The notes under the pieces are model-generated. The model ran no database searches and had not been told where the DNA came from. It worked only from the letters and a program-made list of their open reading frames with translations. From positions 1-58,932 of the forward strand of contig CALXCG010000002.1 in assembly GCA_944386745.1 (NCBI GenBank): a DNA stretch of 58,932 nucleotides. Reading direction: 5' to 3'. A program made the position numbers and the translations under genes. Below, in pieces: positions 11,301-18,392 of the stretch. The DNA is from an uncultured Clostridia bacterium. GTDB lineage: Bacteria; Bacillota; Clostridia; TANB77; CAG-508. Each line of letters begins with the position of its first letter. Position 1 is the stretch's first letter.

Positions 11301-13535
11301 GATTTAGAGAATTCTAGAAAATGGTCTTTAGGTCTAAATCCAATGCCAGATAATAAAAACTATAATGTAGTTTATGGTTTTGGTTATGCAAAGTATATTC
11401 ATAAAAGTGATGGACTAGAGCAAGAGTTAGAAGTATTTGTGCCAAATGAAGATTCTTGTAAAATTCAAGTGTTGACTTTAAAAAATACAACGCCAAATAG
11501 AAAAAAATTAAAATTGTATTATTATATGAAACCAACTATTGGTGAAGATGACTTGAAAACAGAAGGATATATAGATTTACAATTTGATAAAAATAACAAT
11601 GTGCTATATGCAAGAAACAGATATGCGGAAGAATCATCATACATGATAAATTATGTATCGAGTAGCGAGAAAATAAATTCATATACAGGTGATAAAAAAT
11701 ATTTCTTAGGAAAGGGCGGACTAGATAATCCGCAAGGATTAAATAAAGTTAGCCTAAATAGGGAAAATTCTATTGGAAAGCAGGCATGTATTGCATATGA
11801 AATAGAAGTTGAATTAGAAAGTTATAGTGCAAAAGAAATTTCATTTGTTCTAGGTTCAGATGAAAAATTAATTGATTGTAAAAATACAGCATATAAATAT
11901 CAAAAAATTGCAAATTGTAAGCAGGAATTAACAGATGTAAAAAATCAATGGAAAGAAAGATTAAATAGGTTGCAAGTTTATACGCCATTAGAATCAACAA
12001 ATATATTATTAAATGGATGGCTTGTTTATCAAACAATTACAAGTAGATTGTTAGGCAGAAGTGGATATTATCAATCTGGAGGAGCTTATGGATTTAGAGA
12101 CCAGCTTCAAGATACTTTAGCTTTAAAATATATAAATCCAGAATTCTTGAAAAATCAAATAATCAAACACAGCAAACATCAATTTATAGAAGGAGATGTA
12201 GAACATTGGTGGCATGATGAAACAGGTAGAGGTATTAGAACAAGATTTTCAGATGATTTGCTATGGTTGCCATATTTAGTGTTAGAATATATCAAATTTA
12301 CAGGTGATGAGAGTATTTTAGAAATAGAAACACCATATATTGAAGGAAAAGAACTAGAAGAAAGTCAAGATGAAAGATATGATAAATATCCAGAGAGTAA
12401 AGAAAAAGGAACAATTTATGAGCATTGTATAAAAGCTATTGAAAGAAGTTTCAATTTTGGAGAAAATGGATTGCCTAAGATTGGCTCAGGTGATTGGAAT
12501 GATGGATTTAGTACAGTTGGAAATAAAGGTAAAGGCGAAAGTGTGTGGCTTGGATTTTTCTTATATACTATTTTAGATGGATTTATTGAGATCGTGAAAG
12601 AAAAAGAACCGGTAGAAAACGATAAAGAGAAAGTAGGAAAAATTGAAAACGATGAAAATGATATTGAAGAAGGTGCTGAAAAAATTGTTGAAAATAAAAC
12701 AGAAAAATACGAGAGAATAAAGAATGAATTAAAAAGAGCATTAAATACAAATGGATGGGACGGAAGATGGTATAAAAGGGCATTTATGGATGATGGAAAT
12801 GTACTAGGAAGTATGGAAAATGAAGAATGTAGAATAGATAGCATTGCACAAAGTTGGAGTATCATTTCAAATGCAGGAGATAATGACAAAAAATATATAT
12901 CAATGGAAAGTCTAGAAAATCATTTAGTAGATAAAGAAAATGGAATAATCAAGCTATTAGATCCACCATTTGAAAAAAGCAAATTAGAGCCTGGATATAT
13001 AAAATCATACTTGCCAGGAGTTAGAGAAAATGGAGGACAATATACTCACAGTTCATGTTGGGTAATAATAGCTGAAAGTATTTTAGGCTTTGGAGATAAG
13101 GCACTAGAGTGGTATAGAATGATAAATCCAATAGAACATTCAAGAACAAAAGATGCATGTAACAAATATAAAGTAGAGCCATATGTAATTCCAGCAGATA
13201 TATATGGAGCAAACAACTTAGCTGGAAGAGGTGGCTGGACTTGGTATACAGGCTCATCAAGTTGGTATTATAAAGCTGGAATAGAATATATATTGGGATT
13301 AAAAGTTGAAAATGGGTATTTATCAATATTGCCATGTATACCTAAAAATTGGAAAGAATACCAGATGCAATATAAGTGGCAAAATAGTATTTATAAAATA
13401 ACTGTTAAAAATCCTGATGGTAAAAATATTTTTGAAAGTGGTACTAGCAAAGTTACTTTAAATGGAAATGAGGTTGAAAATCACATCAAACTAGACGGAA
13501 GTAGAAATGAATATGAGATTGAAGTGAGGATTTAG
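5310..13535 (+). CDS. Cyclic beta-1,2-glucan synthase-like giant protein (GT84 glycosyltransferase + TM region + alpha/alpha-6 domain + GH94 phosphorylase domain), TTG start
   Basis: 2741 aa. LDADT glycosyltransferase region, multiple TM helices, and C-terminal GH94 motifs GYYQSGGAYGFRDQLQD and GSGDWNDG. RBS aaggag lies before the TTG. Confidence 0.85.
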   Translation: MKTTKILKIDGTLLDKEQLNRHLQKIASSHNLKNKSDKQTYPVPIMIENYKTIEQVYELLNEHLKLGISIHPAGEWLLDNFYIIEQTVKQIEKELPLKKYKNFLGIANGKYKGFARIYVLAAEIVAYTDNKIEKEGLEEALQSYQSKKTLSMEEIWNIGIFLQISIIENIRELCERIYSSQMQKFKAENIVERLIENKNKTNIVCKTSACKKMEKDSFQDMKYPFIEYMSYILKRYGKKGYSYLKVLEEAVEMAGTTVQDVIKKEHFDIAVRKVSMGNSITSIKKIQRINFLEIFEKINGVEEILRQDPSNTYINMDNKTKEYYRNAIKEISKKTKISEIYIARKTLELAQKRLEEIEGDNKENKKSHIGYYLIDKGIDELYTVLKYKEKNSISQKGKTKIYISAIYITTLIIDIIISGIINFKTSNLWISILTFIIFFIPISEVATQIIQYILSKIVKPKLIPKLDLTQGLSKEMATMVVIPTIVKSKEKVQELMRKLEVYYLANKSKNLYFTLLGDCSESDKREEDFDEEVIQEGKKLVNELNKKYNEKIFNFIYRKRIWNEGENSYLGWERKRGMLSQLNEYLLGNIKNPFRENTLENLDNMPKIKYIITLDADTDLILNSAFELIGAMSHILNKPVINPTTNTVTEGYGILQPRVGIDLDISFKTLFTKIFAGAGGIDSYSNAISDTYQDNFNEGIFTGKGIYDLEVYSKVLKGEIPENTVLSHDLLEGSYLRCGLASDILLMDGYPTKYNSFMTRLARWIRGDWQITKWIGNKKLNLLSKYKIFDNLRRSLLEISIIVTIIYTSILGIIYNQKIYGIVTFVLLISILPYILEFLNRLIFKKEGEEKQKTFAPKITGFKGTFLRAVITLAVLPYKAYVSTKSITKTIYRMCISKKHLLEWTTSEEAEKQSKSSLVSYFNQMAFNVLAGVTTIGLGFLKQNGFACVLGLLWMVAPCIMWYVSRTIEKHPAIKKLNQKDKEYVLEIGKKTWNFFETYLTKENNYLISDNYQEDRKEEIVPRTSSTNIGLSLLAVISAYDLKYITFEKAINLLKNILDSVESLPKWNGHLYNWYQIQTKEPLVPRYISTVDSGNFVGYLYVVKSFLEEQIKNTNNENKEEMEVSENKNQILSELVEKVTKLINDTDFSYLYSQEEQIFSIGFNIEDNKLTNSYYDLLASEARQASLVAIAKKDVPAKHWSYLSRTLTKLGKYKGLISWAGTAFEYLMPNINIPSYEGSLLDESCKFMIKSQMEYSKQLNVAWGISEAAFNLKDLKSNYQYKAFGIPWLGLKRGLADEMVVSSYGGILAINEVPKEEVQNLKRLEQEGMYGKFGFYESIDYTPERVERGKISSVVKTYMAHHQGLILLSINNLFNNNILQKRFMRNPEIDAVSILLQETMPETFVTTKEKKEKVEKLEYKDYEDYIQTTYQKIEERLDIGNVISNEDYIVAMNQKGQGVSRYRGIDINRFKPTKDYAQGIFFAVKSVKSKTLISSNYGFNDGQYQISFMPDKDEQEIKNNNLKVKINTTVSSNEPVEIRRLIIENQGNEDDIVEVTSYFEPVLSKKEQDYAHPVFNNLFLTTKYDEKTNSLVTTRKVREKNQPKITVATTLSTNSETIGDFEYELEAEKFTGRGNLEVPNMIKNSIPFSKKIGLVTEPIIAEKRTIKVKAQEKVIVDFILSVGEDEKQVLNHLEKYKSAENVKKEFELSKARVEAESRYLRIKGNEIEIYQKMLSYIIFTNPLSSQRKEKTNPQIVFKQSDLWKYGISGDLPIILVKMRNVNDKYVIKEVLKAYEFFRTKNIEVEIVILDEEKHSYENYVREEIEGAILNSHMAYLKSQKGGIFILTKGEIDKKDIQLLDFIADIVLNSDKGGLKNNIKDIEERFLDSRKEIEEESQLPQVIDETEDIDLLENREDLKYYNEYGAFSPDGKEYIIKVNKDNRLPTVWSHIIANEKFGTVITENMGGYSWYKNSRLNRVSTWENNPNYDIPSEVIYVKDLENSRKWSLGLNPMPDNKNYNVVYGFGYAKYIHKSDGLEQELEVFVPNEDSCKIQVLTLKNTTPNRKKLKLYYYMKPTIGEDDLKTEGYIDLQFDKNNNVLYARNRYAEESSYMINYVSSSEKINSYTGDKKYFLGKGGLDNPQGLNKVSLNRENSIGKQACIAYEIEVELESYSAKEISFVLGSDEKLIDCKNTAYKYQKIANCKQELTDVKNQWKERLNRLQVYTPLESTNILLNGWLVYQTITSRLLGRSGYYQSGGAYGFRDQLQDTLALKYINPEFLKNQIIKHSKHQFIEGDVEHWWHDETGRGIRTRFSDDLLWLPYLVLEYIKFTGDESILEIETPYIEGKELEESQDERYDKYPESKEKGTIYEHCIKAIERSFNFGENGLPKIGSGDWNDGFSTVGNKGKGESVWLGFFLYTILDGFIEIVKEKEPVENDKEKVGKIENDENDIEEGAEKIVENKTEKYERIKNELKRALNTNGWDGRWYKRAFMDDGNVLGSMENEECRIDSIAQSWSIISNAGDNDKKYISMESLENHLVDKENGIIKLLDPPFEKSKLEPGYIKSYLPGVRENGGQYTHSSCWVIIAESILGFGDKALEWYRMINPIEHSRTKDACNKYKVEPYVIPADIYGANNLAGRGGWTWYTGSSSWYYKAGIEYILGLKVENGYLSILPCIPKNWKEYQMQYKWQNSIYKITVKNPDGKNIFESGTSKVTLNGNEVENHIKLDGSRNEYEIEVRI

Positions 13536-13589
13536 GGATTTAGGGGACGGTCCTAAAAATCCCCGCTTTTAGGGATTTTGGGACGGACC
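13534..13589 (+). repeat. GGGATTT-AGGGGACGG hairpin repeat, double unit (copy R1)
   Basis: agggatttaggggacggtcctaaaaatccccgcttttagggattttgggacggacc. It overlaps the TAG stop of the glucan synthase gene. Confidence 0.9.
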
Positions 13590-13608
13590 TTTTATCCTTT
13601 TATACTTT

Positions 13609-13792
13609 AATGATAATATTTTAATAATTTATTTCATTTCTCGGCTAACATTACATCTTGAATTCATTCTAAAATTATCATGTAGGCACCTCGAAACCGC
13701 AAGTTTGAGATTCTCCTACCTGATAATTCAAGAATGTATAACAAGATTTCATTCGCATTCGAAATTTCAAAAATTATTAAGATATTATCATT
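13609..13792. ncRNA. Rod-shaped conserved intergenic element, copy A (candidate structured ncRNA or BIME/MITE module)
   Basis: Closing stem 13609-13630/13771-13792. Conserved blocks GGCTAACATTACA (13643-13655), TAGGCACCTC..GCAAGTTTGAGATTCTCCTA (13683-13718) and ATTTCATTCGCATTCGAAA (13746-13764). The second copy is at 35829-36000. Confidence 0.5.
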
Positions 13793-13814
13793 CTATAATT
13801 AAATCATGATTAGA

Positions 13815-13870
13815 GGTCCGTCCCTTATTCCCTGTTTTTAGGGATTTTTAGGACCGTCCCCTAAATCCCT
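13815..13870 (-). repeat. GGGATTT-AGGGGACGG hairpin repeat, double unit, inverted (copy R2)
   Basis: The reverse complement matches R1. It overlaps the TAG stop of the minus-strand deacetylase gene. Confidence 0.9.
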
Positions 13871-14678
13871 ATTCGTAAAAATTTTTAAATGTATATCCTT
13901 GTTCCTTTAGGTAATCTATAGAATCTTTTAAAACTAAATCTGTTTGATTAACATCAGAAGTATCATGCATTAAAATAACTAAAGTACCTTTATTTTTAGT
14001 AGATTGTTTTAAGTTATTTAATAACTCTTGATTACTGTATTTTTTCTCAGAGTCTTTATTTAAGCAATTCCAATCAATATATGTATAATCAATATTAGAA
14101 AGAAGAGTAACATATTCTTCTTTCTTTGATTTATAAACAGATGACATATATCCATTAGGAAAGCGAAATACATGAGAACAGTAATTATCAATTCCAATTG
14201 CTTTACTAATTTCTTTATCAGTAGATGTGATTTCATTTATAAAAGCATCTGCATTTGAATATAATTTGCTATTATTATGACTGTAACCATGATTTGCAAT
14301 ATAATGTCCTTCTTCATATGCTCGTTTTACTAATTCAGGATGTTCTTTTACATGTTTTCCAATAACAAAAAAACTAGCTTTAACATTTTCTTCATTTAAT
14401 ATATCAAGGATTTTACTTGTAGATTTTAAAGTAGGACCATCATCAAAAGTTAAATATGCAATTTTCTCTTTTTGATTAGTTAGATTTTGTATTTTGCTAT
14501 AAAAATTTTCTAGTTCATTGATACTGGTTTGAATAGATTTACTGCTATTATTCATATTAGAATTTTTATCTACTGAATTGTTATTAAAATTTAATAAAAG
14601 GAAGATTATAGCGAATACTGTAATAAAGAAGATTAAAGTGATAATAATATTTTTTCTTTTTATAATAATAAATTTCAT
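13869..14678 (-). CDS. Polysaccharide deacetylase (NodB homology domain) with N-terminal membrane anchor
   Basis: LTFDDGP, NHGYSHN and LMHD motifs. Confidence 0.85.
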   Translation of the reverse strand: MKFIIIKRKNIIITLIFFITVFAIIFLLLNFNNNSVDKNSNMNNSSKSIQTSINELENFYSKIQNLTNQKEKIAYLTFDDGPTLKSTSKILDILNEENVKASFFVIGKHVKEHPELVKRAYEEGHYIANHGYSHNNSKLYSNADAFINEITSTDKEISKAIGIDNYCSHVFRFPNGYMSSVYKSKKEEYVTLLSNIDYTYIDWNCLNKDSEKKYSNQELLNNLKQSTKNKGTLVILMHDTSDVNQTDLVLKDSIDYLKEQGYTFKNFYE

Positions 14679-14814
14679 AATACCTCCAGTATAGTAAAGT
14701 ATATGAAGCTAAAAAGGAAAGATACATTTTTAGAAATTATATATTTTTTGTTGACTTCTTTATATGTGAATAATAAAATGTAGACAATATTTATAGAAAT
14801 GGGAGATGTGGCAT

Positions 14815-15201
14815 ATGAAATATACATATAATAAATTGGTAAGAGATAAGATTCCAGCAAATATTGATAGTATAACAGGTAGAAAAGCAAATTGGAGAAT
14901 AATGGATGATGAAGAATATATAAAAGAATTAAATAAGAAATTATTAGAAGAAGCACACGAATTTATAGAAGAAAACGCTGTTGAGGAATTAGCGGATATT
15001 ATGGAAGTAATACAAAGTATTATGAGAGCAAAAAATATTAGTTATGAAGAATTAAAGAAAGTGCAAGCACTTAAAAGGGAACAAAAAGGTGGATTTTATA
15101 ATAGAGTATATTTAATTGATGTTGAACAAGATAAAGTAGATGAAAGAGAAGAACAAGAAATGAAAAAAGATTGGAGAAAAAATAGTTTAGATGAGAGATG
15201 A
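14815..15201 (+). CDS. MazG-like / phosphoribosyl-ATP pyrophosphohydrolase-like NTP pyrophosphatase
   Basis: YNKLVRDKIP ... EELADIMEV ... KGGF pattern. The ATG at 14815 is better spaced from gggag than the ORF-track start at 14806. Confidence 0.65.
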   Translation: MKYTYNKLVRDKIPANIDSITGRKANWRIMDDEEYIKELNKKLLEEAHEFIEENAVEELADIMEVIQSIMRAKNISYEELKKVQALKREQKGGFYNRVYLIDVEQDKVDEREEQEMKKDWRKNSLDER

Positions 15202-15229
15202 TTTTTTCTCCGTCCCCAAATCATCTCTC
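15193..15229. terminator. Bidirectional hairpin between convergent genes, loop carries CCGTCCCC (GGGGACGG)
   Basis: gagagatgattt / aaatcatctctc stem. The stem arms overlap both stop codons. Confidence 0.55.
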
Positions 15230-15911
15230 AAATTGCACTGGCTTCTGATTGCGAAATATAGCCATTTTCTACCATTTTTTCTAAGACATGTTGCTGTCTT
15301 TTTTTAGCCAAGTCAGGATTTACAGTTGGAGCATAAACTGATGGAGCATTAGGAACTCCTGCAAGCATTGAAGATTCATCTAAATTTAAATCTTTGGGTT
15401 CTTTATTATAATATCCCATACTTGCATCATAGATTCCATAGTATCCTTCTCCAAAATAACAAGTATTAACATATAATGCTAAAATTTCATTTTTACTATA
15501 ATTTTTTTCAATATCATATGCAGCTAAGATTTCTCCTAGTTTTCTTGAAAATGTTTCTTCTTGTGAAAATACAACGTTTTTCGCAACTTGTTGAGTTATG
15601 GTACTACCACCTTCTTGTAATTCCCAGTTTGTAATATTAACCCATAATGCTCTTGCAATTCCAATTGGATCAATTGCACCATGGTCGTAAAATCTATGGT
15701 CTTCAACTGCAACAACTGCATTTCTATAATCTTCTGATAAGTTATCAAAGCTTGTGTAATGTTCATCACTTGTTACCTCTTCTATTCTAGTAAGCAATGG
15801 CTTTTCTTTTAAAGCAGAAGAGTATGCACTATATCCTAGTATAAACATTAGACCACAAGCAACTATTATTAAGATTAATAATATTAGTAATATTTTTCTA
15901 AATATTTTCAT
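15228..15911 (-). CDS. Monofunctional peptidoglycan glycosyltransferase (GT51)
   Basis: EDHRFYDHGAIDPIGIARA and GGSTITQQVAKN motifs; N-terminal TM. Confidence 0.85.
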   Translation of the reverse strand: MKIFRKILLILLILIIVACGLMFILGYSAYSSALKEKPLLTRIEEVTSDEHYTSFDNLSEDYRNAVVAVEDHRFYDHGAIDPIGIARALWVNITNWELQEGGSTITQQVAKNVVFSQEETFSRKLGEILAAYDIEKNYSKNEILALYVNTCYFGEGYYGIYDASMGYYNKEPKDLNLDESSMLAGVPNAPSVYAPTVNPDLAKKRQQHVLEKMVENGYISQSEASAI

Positions 15912-16098
15912 AACAATCACCGTTTCTATTAGTTCGTTTGTATCAATTGTTCTTAGATATTATATACTAAAATTATGTGTTTTTAAAGTGAATTAATGGA
16001 AAATTAATAAAATATAATTTGATGCTATTGAAACTATAAAAATTATGATAAAATGTAAATGTTAAAAGTAAAGATTATATAATATAGGAGTTGATAAG

Positions 16099-16872
16099 AT
16101 GAGCAGAGGTAGAAGTCAGAGTAAATTGATAAAACAATTTATAGGAATAATAATTACAATTTGTTTAGGAATTGGTATATATTTTGGAGAAGATATACTA
16201 AGTACAACAAAGGTAAATAATAATGCAGTAGAGAATAATACTGTTTCGACAAGTTCTACAAGCGAATTAGCTCAAAGTAATATAAATTTTAGCATTGAAA
16301 ATATTCCAGAATATTCTGGAGACATATATGTTGAGATAAATAATAATGTTCCATATTTTGAAGAAAGTGAATATACAACTGAAAGTTTCGAAAAATATAG
16401 CGAATTGGATGAATTAGGCAGATGTGGAGTGGCATATGCAAATATTTGCAAAGAGACAATGCCAGTTGATGGAGAAGAAAGAGAAAGTATTAGTAATGTA
16501 AAGCCAACAGGTTGGGTTCAAGCAAAATATGATGGGGAATATTTATATAATAGATGTCATTTGATTGGATATCAATTGTCAGCAGAGAATGCAAATGAAA
16601 AGAATTTGATTACTGGTACTAGATATTTTAATGTAGAAGGCATGCTTCCTTTTGAAAATAAGGTAGCTGAATATATTGAACAAAATCCAAATAATCATGT
16701 TTTATACAGAGTAACTCCTATATTTGAAGGTGATAATCTTTTAGCTAATGGCGTGGAAATGGAGGCATATTCTGTTGAGGATAATGGACAAGGTGTTAGT
16801 TTTAATGTTTTTATATATAATGTACAGCCTGGAGTTACAATTAATTATGCAACAGGAGAGAGTTCTGAATAA
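16099..16872 (+). CDS. Secreted DNA/RNA non-specific endonuclease (DNA-entry nuclease-like)
   Basis: N-terminal TM and the NRCHLIGYQLSAENANEKNLITGTRYFN motif. Confidence 0.75.
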   Translation: MSRGRSQSKLIKQFIGIIITICLGIGIYFGEDILSTTKVNNNAVENNTVSTSSTSELAQSNINFSIENIPEYSGDIYVEINNNVPYFEESEYTTESFEKYSELDELGRCGVAYANICKETMPVDGEERESISNVKPTGWVQAKYDGEYLYNRCHLIGYQLSAENANEKNLITGTRYFNVEGMLPFENKVAEYIEQNPNNHVLYRVTPIFEGDNLLANGVEMEAYSVEDNGQGVSFNVFIYNVQPGVTINYATGESSE

Positions 16873-16898
16873 TAAATAAAAAAATATTAAAGAAATAA

Positions 16899-16927
16899 TT
16901 GACATAAAACTAATGGCGATGTATAAT
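16899..16927 (+). promoter_or_regulatory. Consensus sigma-A type promoter
   Basis: TTGACA (16899-16904), 17-nt spacer, TATAAT (16922-16927). Confidence 0.6.
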
Positions 16928-17026
16928 ATTCCTAGTTTAAATCTTTTTGTTTTATAAAAAAATTCTGTTTTGTTTCATATAACAATATCCCAAAACACAA
17001 AAATAAACTAGGAAGGTGATTGATAT

Positions 17027-17428
17027 TTGAGTTTAGATTTAATAAATGATATAGTAAATAAAATAAAAGAAAGCGATTTAGTAAATAACTTTATGGAAGA
17101 ACTTTCAAACCATTTAGCAGATGTTAAAGAAAAAGGAGAAAATCAAATGAGCAATGAGAATACTAATTCAAATGAATTAAATGAGTTTAGAAAAGAAAAT
17201 GAATTATACCAAGTTGTGGACTTTAGTTCCAAAGGAGTTTATTTACAAAATATGAGTACAAATAAAATATTTGAAGAAACTAATATGCCACAGGATTTGA
17301 AGAATAAGATTGGAAATGATTATATCTTAAGATACAAAAATGGTGAATATATTTTTGAAGAACAACTAACAGATGATTTTATGAATGGTTTGATAGATAT
17401 AAAAGAATATCAAAAAAGAAATAAGTGA
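17027..17428 (+). CDS. Hypothetical protein (133 aa), TTG start
   Basis: ORF with RBS ggaaggtg; no recognised motif. Confidence 0.4.
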   Translation: MSLDLINDIVNKIKESDLVNNFMEELSNHLADVKEKGENQMSNENTNSNELNEFRKENELYQVVDFSSKGVYLQNMSTNKIFEETNMPQDLKNKIGNDYILRYKNGEYIFEEQLTDDFMNGLIDIKEYQKRNK

Positions 17429-17448
17429 AATTTCTGTAACAAAATTAG

Positions 17449-17477
17449 CTTGCAAAAAATAAAATATTATGCTAGAA
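17449..17477 (+). promoter_or_regulatory. Candidate promoter for dapF-dapL
   Basis: TTGCAA, 17-nt spacer, TAGAAT. Confidence 0.4.
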
Positions 17478-17539
17478 TTACAGCCAGTAGAATATAAATA
17501 TATTTTACTGGCTATTAATACCTAAAGAGGGTGAAAATT

Positions 17540-18373
17540 ATGATAAAATTTACAAAAATGCAAGGGCTAGGGAATGATTATGTCTATATGGATGCAATCC
17601 ATCAAAAAATAGAAAATGAATCATCTCTAGCTCAATTTGTTAGTAATAGGCACTTTGGCATAGGCTCAGATGGATTAATCCTAATATGCAAAAGTGATAT
17701 TGCTGACTTCAAAATGAGAATGTTTAATTCAGATGGAAGTGAGGCAGAGATGTGTGGAAATGGCATACGTTGTGTTGGAAAATTTGTATATGATAAAGGT
17801 CTTACAGATAAAACAACAGTAACTATAGAAACACTTGCAGGAATTAAAACATTAGAGTTAAATACAAAAGAAGGAAAGGTAGAAACGGTAAAGGTAGATA
17901 TGGGAGAACCTATATTAAACCCAAAAGAAATACCAGTTATTTCAGATGAAGAGCCGGTTAAAAATCTAATATTGGAAGCTGAAGGAAGAAAATTTAAATT
18001 TACTTGTGTATCTATGGGAAATCCTCATGCAATAACAGAGGTTGAAGATACAGAAAAATTTGATGTAGAAAAATATGGCAAAGTATTAGAAGTTGACAAG
18101 GCTTTCCCAAATAAAACAAATGTAGAGTTTATACAAATTGTTGATAAAAATCATGTTAAAATGAGAGTTTGGGAAAGAGGAGCAGGAGAAACTCTTGCAT
18201 GCGGTACAGGAGCATGTGCTACAGCTGTTGCATGCTATCTTAATGGAAAAACTGGTAGAAATGTTGAAGTTGAATTACTAGGTGGAAAATTATTTATAGA
18301 ATGGAATGAGGAAAATAATCATATATATATGACAGGACCAGCTGTTACAGTTTTTGAAGGTGTATTAGATTAG
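17540..18373 (+). CDS. dapF: Diaminopimelate epimerase
   Basis: [21 protein letters not shown] and ACGTGACA motifs. Confidence 0.9.
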   Translation: MIKFTKMQGLGNDYVYMDAIHQKIENESSLAQFVSNRHFGIGSDGLILICKSDIADFKMRMFNSDGSEAEMCGNGIRCVGKFVYDKGLTDKTTVTIETLAGIKTLELNTKEGKVETVKVDMGEPILNPKEIPVISDEEPVKNLILEAEGRKFKFTCVSMGNPHAITEVEDTEKFDVEKYGKVLEVDKAFPNKTNVEFIQIVDKNHVKMRVWERGAGETLACGTGACATAVACYLNGKTGRNVEVELLGGKLFIEWNEENNHIYMTGPAVTVFEGVLD

Positions 18374-18392
18374 TTTGAAAGGAGAAATAACA

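Noticed and set aside
13643-13655. Integron attC-like site (GGCTAAC resembling the RYYYAAC inverse core)
   Set aside because: There is no matching GTTAGCC core site at the 3' end of the element, no intI-type integrase, and no cassette-like gene arrangement.
13683-13718. Purine-riboswitch-like strings (GGCACC, GCAAGTTT) in the terminal loop of the rod element
   Set aside because: The strings are in the wrong order and spacing for the three-way junction. There is no downstream purine-related gene or expression platform.
13534-13870. CRISPR array hypothesis for the GGGATTT/GGGGACGG repeats
   Set aside because: The copies are dispersed singly or as inverted pairs across 36 kb. There are no regularly spaced repeats or unique spacers of uniform length, and no cas genes.
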